Source of the DNA: an uncultured Planctomycetaceae bacterium
Lineage (GTDB): Bacteria > Planctomycetota > Planctomycetia > Isosphaerales > Isosphaeraceae
DNA: 64,000 bases
Direction of reading: 5' to 3'
NCBI GenBank assembly: GCA_963833985.1
Contig: CAWIAD010000002.1
Span: 4,992,001 to 5,056,000 of the forward strand
Position numbers and translations under genes: made by a program. This document shows positions 41,419 through 51,771 of this stretch, piece after piece. Each line of letters opens with the position of its first letter. Positions within the stretch are counted from its first letter, which is position 1. The notes under the pieces were generated by a model that saw only the letters and a program-made list of their open reading frames with translations, did not search any database and was not told the origin of the DNA.

Positions 41419-42453
41419 ATGACGATCGCGCGTGCGCATCTGGTTGATCCGTCGGTTACCCGCTGGTATCACTGCATCACGCGGTGCGTGCGGCGGGCGT
41501 TCCTGCTGGGGGAGGGCGGGATCGACCGCAAGGAATGGATCGAACGGCGACTCCAGGAACTTGCGGAGATCTTCTCGATCGCCGTGGGCGGGTTCGCCAT
41601 CCTCGATAATCACTTACATCTGCTGGTGCGGCTCGACCCGGATGTGGCGGCGGGGTGGCCGGATGAAGAGGTCGTGCGGCGCTGGGGGAGGCTTTTTCCG
41701 CCCCGCGACAGGGCTCGAAAGGCACTGCCGGTCTCGGAGGCTTGGGTCACGGAACGGCTGAAAGACGTGAAGTGGGTGGTGATGGCACGCCAGCGGCTGC
41801 AAAGCCTGAGCTGGTTCATGAAGTGCCTCAAGGAGCCGCTATCGCGGATGGCCAACCGCGAGGAGAACACACGCGGGGCGTTCTTCGAGGGGCGGTTCCA
41901 GAGCGTGGCGATCCTGGACGAGGAATCGCTGCTGGCGACGTGTGCCTACATCGATCTGAACCCGGTGGCGGCGGGGATCGCCCAGGTTCCGGAAGCCAGC
42001 CCGCACACGTCGATCAAGGAACGGGTCGAGCATGTTCAGGAGCAGGGGCGAGCAGAAGATCTGCAAGCCGCGAAGCAAGGCAGCGTGGCGGGGTCGAAGG
42101 CGGCGAGCGGGCTGGAGGAGCAGCTCTGGCTCTGTCCGATCGAGGACCGCCGGCGGCTCGACTCGGGTCGCGAAGGGATGCTCGAGGGGCTCTCGCTGGG
42201 GAACTACCTGCTGCTTGTGGACTACACCGGGCGGCTGTTTCGCGAGGGGAAGGCGGCGATCTCGGCGGAGCTGGACGGGATACTGGAGCGGCTGGGGAGC
42301 AATGCCGAGAGCTGGCAGGCACGGCTGCTGAAGCTGGCGGGCGGTCGGCTGCTGGGACGGTTCTTCGCCGCCAGCCGGGAACGTCTGCGGGATGTGGCCG
42401 GTCGGCTGGGCCGGCATCACCTGGCCAACCTAGGCGGCTGCTCGGCACGGTGA
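41419..42453 (+). mobile_element. HUH/Y1 transposase (RAYT-like, IS200/IS605 superfamily-related)
   Basis: YHCITRCVRRAFL, HUH motif DNHLHLLV, FFEGRF, catalytic Tyr in CAYIDLNPVAAG; RBS AGGAGG; intact frame. Confidence 0.92.
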
Positions 42454-42945
42454 GCCCGCGGCGAGATGCGCTGTGTGTCGGTCCAGGTTCTGGTCGGCCT
42501 CACGGCCGAGGTTGGAGGCTGCGCCCGTCCGAACCACGCGCTCACGCACGTGGTCACGCGTATCTCTCGCCTGCGGATCGCTCGTCGGTACCACACGCTC
42601 ACGTACGCGGGCGGCAACCTGGGCCGCTTGCCCGGCACGGTGAGTCCGCGGCGACCGTGGTAATGCGCGTCGCTCCAAACGGAAGGTCGGCCTCACGGCC
42701 GAGGTTGGAGGCTGCGCCCGTCCGAACCACGTGCTCACGCACATGGTCACACGTATTGGACTGCCGGATCGCTCGTGACTGCGCCCGTCCGAGCCACGTG
42801 CTCACGTACGCGGGCGCCGAGCTGGGCGGAAGTGCAGGCTGCGCCCGTCCGAACCACGTGCTCACGCACGTGGTCACACGTATTGGACTGCCGGATCGCC
42901 GACACTGTGCCCGGGTGAGCCCCGCAGTCGCGCATGTAGTTACCG
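42425..42945 (+). repeat. Array of REP-like hairpin repeats downstream of the Y1 transposase
   Basis: CTGCGCCCGTCCGARCCACGYGCTCACG at 42519, 42712, 42779 and 42839, plus degenerate copies; hairpin ACCACGTGC-TCAC-GCACGTGGT; ~190-bp higher-order duplication. Confidence 0.88.
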
Positions 42946-43559
42946 ACCTGGGCGTAAGCGCCTGGTGTGAGGACCCCCGGACCCGCGCGGCCACCTCATC
43001 AATAATGAGCCGTCGCTGGGCGGACTGGAATCGTCAGAGCACCGTGATCGTGCCGTAAACTGGTAGGATGGGACGGTGCGTAAGTTACTGCGGCAGGTCG
43101 CTGATCTTCATCCGCGCCCTCGTTCAGGGGTTGGCCGGCCGGCTAGCAGTGGGCTGCCTGGGATCGGTGTGGGGACGCGGGATTCGTCAGATTGGAGTAC
43201 GAAAAAGTGACCGATCGAAGCCAAATGGATTGTGACCTTTAACTCACAACGTCCCAAAGAGTTACGCCCATGAAAATGGAGCGAAAGCGGAGGAGAACGA
43301 ACCCATTTTTCTGCGCCAGTCTCCAGGCGGGGAGGAAACGGCGGCTCCCTCGCGACGCGCCTGCTTGACAATGGAACTCTGCGATGCGAGGTTGAACTTG
43401 TGTTCCACGAACGTCGAATTGCCTCCGCTTTACCCGCCCCGAAAACGAACGACATCGCGTGGTCCGGATGGACCAGGCATGGCGCGACTGGAGAAACCTT
43501 TCTCTGTCCGCGGGTGCCGGTCACGTTGCTGCCAGGACCAAACCGCCGGAGACCGTCGC

Positions 43560-45916
43560 ATGACCCGGACCGCGAATGCGGTGATTGCGTGCTGCATCGC
43601 TGTTTTGTTCCAGGGCGACCCGGTTCAGGCTGGGGCGCCGCGGATAAGCGACATACGGCCGCTCGGAGTGCAGCGCGGGGTGACCAGCGAGGTGACGATC
43701 CGCGGCTTAGGGCTCTCCGGAAACCCGCGGTTCGTCGGACCGTTTACCGGCCGGGTTGAGTCGGTCGAGCCGAAGCGAAGCAGCGCGGGCCTTTGGAGCT
43801 TCCGGTTGACGGTACCGGCGAAGGTCGCAGTGGGTGTTTACCCGGTCCGCGTCCAGACAGAAGGCGGCGTTTCCAATCCCCTGCTGTTCGCGGTCGGGCA
43901 GCTTCCACAGGTCAGTGAAAAGGAAGACAACACCAACTTCGAGTCGGCCCAGGTGCTGCCGGCGATTCCCCTGGTTGTCGAGGGCGAGGTTGCTGGCAAT
44001 GACGTGGACTACTTTCGGTTCGCCGGCAAGGCAGGAGAGGTGATCGTGATCGATGCCCAGTGCGCCCGCATCGGCTCGGGCGTTGATCCGGCGCTCCGGC
44101 TGACTACCGCGTCCAGCCGCCGGCGGTTCGTCGCCTCGGCCGACGATACGCTCGGGCTCCTGACCGATGCCAGGCTGGTGGCCACGCTGCCCGAGGACTG
44201 CGACTACGTGATCGAGCTTTCCGACTCACGCTATCAGGGGGGTGGCCGGCCCGTCTATCGGCTGCTGGTTGGACCGGTCCCCGTGGCCGATGAGGTCTAT
44301 CCGCTCGGAGGCCGGGAGGGAGACACGTTGGGGCTGGAGCTCCGTGGCGGAACGCTCGGGACAACGTACTTCGCGGCGCTTCCGCTGGTGCGTTCAACCG
44401 GGACGCTGCTGTGTGTTCCCAGGATCAGCCAGGGGATGCTTGGACTGGCAACCGGCCCGGGGGCGGGCCTCGATGTCGAATCGCTGCATCCGCTGGTGAC
44501 CAGCGTCCTGCCGGAGCTGCGCGAGCCGGCCGATCCGGCTGCCTCGCCCATCAAGGCGGTGGCCCCAGTGGTGCTCAACGGCAGGATCGATCCAGCCGGC
44601 GACGAGGATCGCTTCGTGCTGGCGGTGACTCCCGGCGAGCGGTTGCACATCGCCGTCGAGGCCTCGCAGGACGGCTCGGCCCTGGACGGCGTGCTCCAGA
44701 TCCTCGGCGCCGGCGGCTCGGTGCTCGCCACCGCCGACGATACGGCCATCGCGGTTCCCGAAGCGCAGGCTGCCAAGGGAGGGATCGCACTTCCGGACCC
44801 CTCGGTCGACTTCACGGTTCCCGGCAGAACCAGCGAAATCACGCTGGCCCTGCGCGACCTCGAGGGCCGGGGCGGAGTGGGGTTTCCCTACCGAATTGTC
44901 GTCAGCCCCATCGTGCCTGGTTTCGCGATCGAGCTGGATGCGGCCGAGCTGAGCGTTCCCCGAGGCGGGACCGCGGTCCTGGGCGTGACCGTGAAGCGAT
45001 CCGCATACAATGGACCGATCGAGCTGTCGCTCGCGGACCCGCCGGCCGGGCTGGCTGTCCGAACGGGTACCATCGCGTCGGGCCAGGATCTGGGCGCGTT
45101 TTCGGTCTCGGCCACGGCGGCCGCCGATTTTCCGGCCGCACCGCTCAGGCTGCTGGGCCGCGGCCAGGGACCCGGATCAGCGCTTGACGCCGACGCGACC
45201 CGGCAGCTCGTCTTCGCCAGCCAGTCCGTCCTGCCAACCAGCACCCTGACGCAGCGTGGAGTTTTCGTCGCTCCGGCGGTGGCGGGACCTGTCCGGATCG
45301 ATGCGCCCGGCGGCGTGCTCGAGATCGCCCGCGGGCTGGGCGGCACCATCCCGGTCACGGTCGAGCGAGGCAAGAACGCCGAGGCAGAGCTGCAAGTCAG
45401 CCCCCTGCCCTTGCCGCCCGGACTGTCGATTCCGGCCACCAAGGTTGCGGCGAAGTCGGACCGGGCGGCCATCTCGGTCAACACCTCACTCGAGGCACCG
45501 CTCGGCCGGATGACGATCGCCTTGACAGCCCGCGGGAAGTTCGCGGGCGCTGACCAGACGATCGGGATCCCGGCCGTCACACTTGACCTGGTCCCGCCCG
45601 CCGAACTGCTGCTGGGCGCACAGGCCATGAAGGTGGCCCAGGGGCAAGCGGTGGAGCTCCGGGGACGCGTGGTGCGCAGAGGCGGCTTCGACGAGCCCGT
45701 GACGGTTCGAGCGAGCGGCCTCCCTTCCGGGCTCAAGGCCGGCGCGGTCACGGTCGCTCGCGGCGCCTCGGACTTCCGCATCAAGTTCGAAGCAGACGCG
45801 CGCACGCGGCCCAGGGGTCCACCGCCGTGCAGCTCAGCCTGGGATACCAGGTCGGAAAGAAGGATTACCCGTCTGCCCCGGTCCGGCTTTCGCTCCAGGT
45901 GGATCGCGCCAGGTAG
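43560..45916 (+). CDS. Planctomycete PPC (pre-peptidase C-terminal)-domain secreted protein (frameshift ~45808)
   Basis: PLGVQRG, EKEDN, DVDYFRF, NGRIDPAGDEDRF, DLEGRGG...YRI; the alternative frame gives a natural C-terminus ending TAG at 45916. Confidence 0.85.
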
Positions 45917-45946
45917 CCATTATCCTGAACCCATCAAGAGACTCTC

Positions 45947-47446
45947 ATGGCCATGGACATCACCAACGGCTCGATCATGACCGCCCGCGCCTGGCTCGGC
46001 CTGCTTCTGGCTTTCTGCTCGCTCGCGTCCGCGCGGGCCGATGATCCTCAGCCACCCGCGAAGCCGGCCTCCGAGCGGCCCGCAGTCAAGAATACAGGGC
46101 ATGGGCAGGACAAACCGGCAGCGGATACAAAACCTGGCCAGGGCCAGCCGGTGAGCTTCCTGCGCAACATCGCGCCCATCCTGGTGAAGAACTGCATCGC
46201 CTGCCACAATCCCAAGAAATCGGAAAGCAAGTACGTGATGACGACGTTCGCCCAGCTTGCCAGGGGGGGAAAGCAGGGCGAGGGCATGACGGTGGTCCCG
46301 GGCAAACCCGACGAGAGTTTTTTCCTGGATGTGGTCCTGCCCGACGCGGAGCCGCGCATGCCGTACAAGCTCGATCCCTTACCGCCGGAGGAGATCAAGC
46401 TGCTGGAGCGGTGGATCGCCGAGGGAGCCAGGTACGAAGGTGCGAGTCCGGCCGAGGACTGGACGTTCCTGCTGCGCAAGAACCGGAAGGTTGATATCCC
46501 GCGGGTCTATCCCGTCACCGTGCCGATCACGGCGCTGGCGTTCACTCCCGACGGCAAGCAGGTCGTGGCGTCCGGTTATCACGAAATCACATTCTGGAAT
46601 GTATCGGATGGGCTGCTCGGCCAGCGGGTCCCCGGCCTTTGCGAGCGGACATACGCGCTGGTTTTCAGCCGCGACGGCCGTTTCCTGGCCACGGCCGGCG
46701 GCGACCCCGGCCAGTACGGCCTGGTGAAGCTCTGGGCGGTGAGCAAGGAGGGGTTCGATCCGGTACGCGACCTTGCCGAGAGCCAGGACGCGGTCTTCGC
46801 GGTGGAATTCAGCCCCGACGGCAAGCGCCTGGCGACGGCAGGAGCTGACCGGACCGTCCGCATCCACGATGCCGAGACCGGCAAGACGATCGTGCAGATC
46901 GAGGACCACGCCGACTGGATCTTCGATATCGCGTTCAGCCCCGACGGCAAGCGCCTGGCCACCGCGAGCCGCGACAAGACCTGCAAGGTGTTCGACGTCG
47001 CCAGGAAGGAGTCTCTGGTGACATTCACGGGGCACGGTCAGCCGGTGGACACGGTGAGTTTCCAGGCCGACGGCAAGACGGTTACCAGCGGGGGCGAGGA
47101 CGGCGAGGTCCGCATCTGGACCACTGAGGGAGAGGCGAAGCAAACCAAGGAGCTGGGCGGGTTCGGCGGTGCCGTGTTCCGGGTGCGCCGCTCCCCCGAC
47201 GGCACGCTGCTGGCGGCATGCAGCGCGGACAAGTCGGTCCGGCTCTTCAAGGCGGCTGACGGCTCGGCGGTCCGCACACTGTCGGGACACACCGACTGGG
47301 TCTACGCGCTGGCCTTCTCGCCGGATGGCAAGACCCTGGCCTCGGGAAGCTGGGACGGCGAGGTCCGGCTCTGGAACGTGGCCGACGGCAAGCTCGTCCG
47401 GACGATCATCGCGGCGCCGGGTTTCAAACCCGGTGCGGTCAAGTGA
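45947..47446 (+). CDS. Planctomycete cytochrome-c domain + WD40 repeat protein
   Basis: IAPILVKNCIACH (CxxCH), MP...WIAEGA, then FSPDG/WD40 repeats. Confidence 0.92.
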   Translation: MAMDITNGSIMTARAWLGLLLAFCSLASARADDPQPPAKPASERPAVKNTGHGQDKPAADTKPGQGQPVSFLRNIAPILVKNCIACHNPKKSESKYVMTTFAQLARGGKQGEGMTVVPGKPDESFFLDVVLPDAEPRMPYKLDPLPPEEIKLLERWIAEGARYEGASPAEDWTFLLRKNRKVDIPRVYPVTVPITALAFTPDGKQVVASGYHEITFWNVSDGLLGQRVPGLCERTYALVFSRDGRFLATAGGDPGQYGLVKLWAVSKEGFDPVRDLAESQDAVFAVEFSPDGKRLATAGADRTVRIHDAETGKTIVQIEDHADWIFDIAFSPDGKRLATASRDKTCKVFDVARKESLVTFTGHGQPVDTVSFQADGKTVTSGGEDGEVRIWTTEGEAKQTKELGGFGGAVFRVRRSPDGTLLAACSADKSVRLFKAADGSAVRTLSGHTDWVYALAFSPDGKTLASGSWDGEVRLWNVADGKLVRTIIAAPGFKPGAVK

Positions 47447-48761
47447 ACAGCTCGGCAATTGCTTGCGCGCCGGCCGCCAGCACGAACGGCTCGCCCGCCG
47501 GGTTTTGCAGTCTGTGGTCAGGTGCGATCCCGAGGCTGCGGTACATGGTGGCGAGCAGTTCCTGCGGCCGCACGGGCCGGCTTGACGGAGCCCCGGCGTG
47601 CGGGTCGCTGGCACCCACCACCTGCCCACCGCGCACGCCTCCGCCCGCCAGAAGCGCACTCCAGACGCCCGGCCAGTGGTCGCGGCCGCCCGCGATGTTG
47701 AGCCGTGGCGTCCGCCCGAATTCCCCCGTTGCCACCACGAGCGTGGTCTCGAGCAGACCGCGCGAGTCCAGGTCGTCCAGCAAGGTTGAGAGAGCCCGGT
47801 CGAGGGTCGGCAAGAGGGAACCGGAGTAATCCTCGAGCGTGCTGAAAGGCGCGGAGCCGTGGCAGTCCCAGGTGGTTTTGTCAAAAACGGTATCAAACAT
47901 GTTCACAGTCACCATACGAACACCCGACTCGACGAGCCGGCGCGCCAGCAGGCAGCTCTGGCCGAAGCTGTTCCGGCCGTACGCGTCTCGAACCGCCCCG
48001 GGCTCGCGATCCAGGCGGAAAGCGGAGCTGGCCTCGGGGGTCAGGGCAGAGGTGGCCGCGGCTGGAGCGGCTGCCAGCAGTCCAGGCAGATCGAAGTCGT
48101 CCCGGGACCGATCGAGCCAGCGCCGCGTCTGATCGAGCGTCGCGCGGCCGTCCCAGGCTGGTGAGCCGGGATCTCCGACGATCGTGAACGGCTCGTAGGC
48201 CGGCCCGAGCCAGCCGGCCGTCTGGCCGTGGGACGCCCGCACGCCCGTGTTCTGAATAGGCCCAGGCAGCACGACGCAAGACGGCACAGAACTCTGCCGT
48301 TCCGTCAGGCATCGGGTCACGGCCCCAAGGTGCGGATGCTCCTCCCCTGGCGGGCAGAGCCGACCCGTCTGCAAGAGCTGGTATCCTGTTTCGTGAATGG
48401 GGGCGGCATCGTGATGGAGGGAACGCACCAGCGCCAGGCGGTCCATGCGGTCGGCAAGCCGCGGCAGATGCTCGCAAATGCGCACGCCTGGGACCCTTGT
48501 GGCAATCGAGTTGAAGGGGCCGCGGATTTCTCGGGGCGCGTCCGGCTTCGGATCGAAGGTCTCAAGCTGGCTCGGCCCGCCCACGAGCAAGAGCAGGATG
48601 ACCGCCCGGTCATGACCACGCCGGTCCGCGGGAGCCGCCCGGGCTGCTGACCTGGTCAGCGTAAGCCCCAGTGAACCGAGCCCCAGCCCACCCACGCGGA
48701 GAAACTCACGACGGGTGAAGCCCTCACATGTCTTCACTATCCCCTGGCTGATCGCGAGCAT
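47439..48761 (-). CDS. DUF1501 protein
   Basis: TRREFLRVG, GGPSQLETFDPKP, LLARRLVESGV, WDCH, GEFGRTP, GRDHWP. Confidence 0.95.
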   Translation of the reverse strand: MLAISQGIVKTCEGFTRREFLRVGGLGLGSLGLTLTRSAARAAPADRRGHDRAVILLLLVGGPSQLETFDPKPDAPREIRGPFNSIATRVPGVRICEHLPRLADRMDRLALVRSLHHDAAPIHETGYQLLQTGRLCPPGEEHPHLGAVTRCLTERQSSVPSCVVLPGPIQNTGVRASHGQTAGWLGPAYEPFTIVGDPGSPAWDGRATLDQTRRWLDRSRDDFDLPGLLAAAPAAATSALTPEASSAFRLDREPGAVRDAYGRNSFGQSCLLARRLVESGVRMVTVNMFDTVFDKTTWDCHGSAPFSTLEDYSGSLLPTLDRALSTLLDDLDSRGLLETTLVVATGEFGRTPRLNIAGGRDHWPGVWSALLAGGGVRGGQVVGASDPHAGAPSSRPVRPQELLATMYRSLGIAPDHRLQNPAGEPFVLAAGAQAIAELFT

Positions 48762-49102
48762 CGTGGTCACCCTCCGCCTGCCTGGTGAGATACGCATCGC
48801 CCGATTCACCGGCGTTCAAATTACCCGCGCATCGGGCCTGGGGACAGGTGGCTCCAGGATTTCCGGACGATTCGCCGAAGATCCGGCGACAGGGGTTTTC
48901 AGCGAGACACTTCGGGTTGTGGCGATTCTGCTGGTTCCAGGGTTTATAGGAAGGCCGCGTGGATCCGATAAAATCCGGTAAACTCGGCGTTTGGGAGAAC
49001 CCGATAAACTTGTGAAAAAGCCGTCTGAGTCTCAGGACGAACTCCGGCATGCGTCGCATCCCGTCTGCACGGGGTCCGAGCGACGATGAAACGAGGTCGA
49101 GT

Positions 49103-50701
49103 ATGCGGCGATCAGGCAGGAAGCTGTTTCTCATGGCATGTCTCGGGTGGCTCGTCTGCCCGGGAGTGCTGCGGGGGCAAGCTCCGACCATCGAAAACAC
49201 GCAAATGATGGGCTCGATGACGGCGGCCCCGGGGTCGAGTCAGTCGCGACTCGGGACGATGCCGGGTGCGGGGTCGATGATCCTGGGAAACCAGCCCGGG
49301 AGCGGCAGCATGCTGCTGAACCGGATCGGCACCGCCGCGCCGCGGGTGCCGGCGGCGATCACCATGCCCGGGCAGGGCATGCAGATCCCACAGCCGACCG
49401 GAATCACCGTGCCAGCACCTTTGCCGGTGCCGCGAGCGCCCCTCTATGGAACGCTTTCGCTGCCCACCGAGGAAGCCAGCGAGGGACCGGCCAACGGCCT
49501 GACGCTCGACCAGGCCATCGAGATTCTGGTCCACAACAATCCCGACTTGCTCTCGAAACGCATGGAGATCCCGCAGGCTCGAGCGGATATCTTGACGGCC
49601 AGCCTGCGCGCCAACCCGATACTCTACGCCGACAGTCAGCTTGTCCCCTACGGAGTCTTCAACGATCGCAAGCCGGGCGGCCCGACCCAGTATGACCTGA
49701 ACGTCTCGCACCCGATCGATTTCTCGCACAAGCGCCTGGCCCGGACAGACTACGCCGTCCGCGCTCTGAAGGTGACCGAGGCCCAGTTCCAGGACGCGGT
49801 ACGGCTGGAGATCAACAACCTGTACACCGCGTTCGTGGATGTGCTGGCCGCGCGGCAGACGGTCACGTACGCCAGGGCGAGTGTGAAGGGACTCAGCGTA
49901 CTCCTCCAGAAGACGGAGCTGTTGTACGAGAAGGACCTCAGCTCGCGGGCGGACGTGGAGGATATCAAGACGCAAGGACAAATTGCGGAGGTGGGCGTGC
50001 TGGACGCCGAGGAGAGCTTGCGCAAAGCCAGGCGAACGCTGGGGATGCTGCTTTATCTGCCGCCCGACCAGGCCGAGACGCTGGAGGTCCGCGGCAGTAT
50101 CCTCGACCGGGGGCCGGCTCCGCCAGCACTGGAAGAGCTGGTGCAACGTGCCGTCAACTGCCGGCCGGACGCGCAGGCGTACCGGCTGGGGCTACAGCTC
50201 TCGGAGTCCGGCGTGCGGCTGGCGCGTGCCAACCGCTATTCCGATGCATACCTGCTGTACCAGCCCTACACCTTTCAAAACAACGCCCCGTTCGGCAAGC
50301 AGAGCGCCATATCGTGGGCGCTCGGGATGACCGTCCCGCTGCCGGTCTACAACCGCAACCAGGGGAACATCGAACGGGCCCGGCAGAACGTCACCCAGTC
50401 GCAGATCGAACTGGAGGGCGCACTGCGGCGGATCATCACCGAAGTGCAGCAGGCGGCCAAGGAATACCAGGTGAGCGGGCAGATCTCAGAACGGATCCGC
50501 ACGGGGATCCTGCCGACGTCAAGCCGCTCGCTGGATGACCGGCGCAAGCTTTTTCAGGGGGGCGAGACGAACGCCGTCGCGTACATCCAGGCGCAAAGGA
50601 GCTACAACGACACGGTCAAATCCTACCTTGACACGGTGGTGCGGCACCGCCGCAGCATGCTTGGGCTGAACACCGCCGTCGGTCAAAGGATCCTACCGTG
50701 A
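49103..50701 (+). CDS. TolC/CzcC-family outer-membrane efflux protein
   Basis: LTLDQAIE...NPDL...ADILTASLRANP; VPLPVYNRNQGNI. Confidence 0.88.
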   Translation: MRRSGRKLFLMACLGWLVCPGVLRGQAPTIENTQMMGSMTAAPGSSQSRLGTMPGAGSMILGNQPGSGSMLLNRIGTAAPRVPAAITMPGQGMQIPQPTGITVPAPLPVPRAPLYGTLSLPTEEASEGPANGLTLDQAIEILVHNNPDLLSKRMEIPQARADILTASLRANPILYADSQLVPYGVFNDRKPGGPTQYDLNVSHPIDFSHKRLARTDYAVRALKVTEAQFQDAVRLEINNLYTAFVDVLAARQTVTYARASVKGLSVLLQKTELLYEKDLSSRADVEDIKTQGQIAEVGVLDAEESLRKARRTLGMLLYLPPDQAETLEVRGSILDRGPAPPALEELVQRAVNCRPDAQAYRLGLQLSESGVRLARANRYSDAYLLYQPYTFQNNAPFGKQSAISWALGMTVPLPVYNRNQGNIERARQNVTQSQIELEGALRRIITEVQQAAKEYQVSGQISERIRTGILPTSSRSLDDRRKLFQGGETNAVAYIQAQRSYNDTVKSYLDTVVRHRRSMLGLNTAVGQRILP

Positions 50702-50935
50702 AAGCCTGAGAGAACCTTGAAGTCGGATGCGGGAGAGGAGCGCGTGGCTCGGAACGAGGCGGCGAGGCCGGCCCGGCGGTTCGAGATCCGCCAGGCAGTC
50801 TCCAGGATGGCGCGGCACACAACTCGCCGGGCATGGTCCTGATTCGCCCGCGGAACCACTCGGCATTGGGGCAGCGGGCGAACAGGATGGCGAACGGTCG
50901 TCGCCACGGCAGGCCAGGGGTTTTCGAGAGGTCTG

Positions 50936-51295
50936 TCAGGAGATCAGGTTCTTGACCACGCGGGCCAGATCGGAACCGGTTTCGGTGAGGCTGTAGAAGT
51001 TGTTCTTACCCTGGCGGCGCGGGGCAATGATGTTGCCATGCCGCAAGAGCGCCAGGTGGTGGCTCACCGCGGGCTGGCTCTGACTGAGCTGCGCACACAG
51101 GGCGCCGACGTGGCGCTCGCCTTCTGCCAGGATCAAGATCACTTGCAGACGCGTGGGGTCGCTCACGTGCTTGAGCAGGATCGACGCCCGCTTTGCCTGC
51201 TGGAACCGGTGGTCGGCTCCCTTGGGAGCTTTCACCTTGCTGTTGGCGGTGCGTGTCGCGACCGCGGTCTTGGGACTGGTCTTCGTCGCTGCCAT
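50936..51295 (-). CDS. ArsR/SmtB-family regulator
   Basis: LKHVSDPTRLQVI...SQPAVSHHLALLR...RRQGKNNFYSL; RBS AGGAG. Confidence 0.93.
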   Translation of the reverse strand: MAATKTSPKTAVATRTANSKVKAPKGADHRFQQAKRASILLKHVSDPTRLQVILILAEGERHVGALCAQLSQSQPAVSHHLALLRHGNIIAPRRQGKNNFYSLTETGSDLARVVKNLIS

Positions 51296-51771
51296 AAAAC
51301 TACTCTCCTGCGCATGACGGCCTGCTTGATGACCCGCCAGAAACTTTCCCTGCTTCACGCTGACTCCCGGAACGACGACGAACTGCGGACCAGGCGCGAC
51401 TTGGCAACCATCAGTAATCCATCATAAACATCGCCTGATCGCAAACAACATCGTCATCGTTGTCAATCCACCACTGAATTGATCCATGTAGCCAGCCATG
51501 GAAGCCTGATCCGTCAACGAAACGTTCACGACATTGCGCGAACGTATCTCGACGTGGGTGGTTGTCAACATCTTATTGCTACTCTAACAAATGTCAACCA
51601 CGATCTGCAATCTTTAATGGCTTAGATCCGTCAATTTGTTAGATCCAGCATTACGAACCTATTCGGAGACGGCCTGGCGTGGCCCGTGTCCGATTCACAA
51701 AGGCTTGTAGGAGCGAATGTTCCAGCCAGATGGATCCACATTCGTCGCGGCCTCCCGTTGCACCTGCGCGG

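Noticed and set aside
40925..41420. ORFs rich in FLSF/KDRK (40925-41377, 40956-41447, 41163-41420)
   Set aside because: Translations of the low-complexity stutter tract; not credible proteins.
42490..42945. CRISPR array
   Set aside because: The spacing is CRISPR-like, but the 'spacers' are themselves repeated or related, the repeats vary, and no cas genes are present; a REP-like array fits better.
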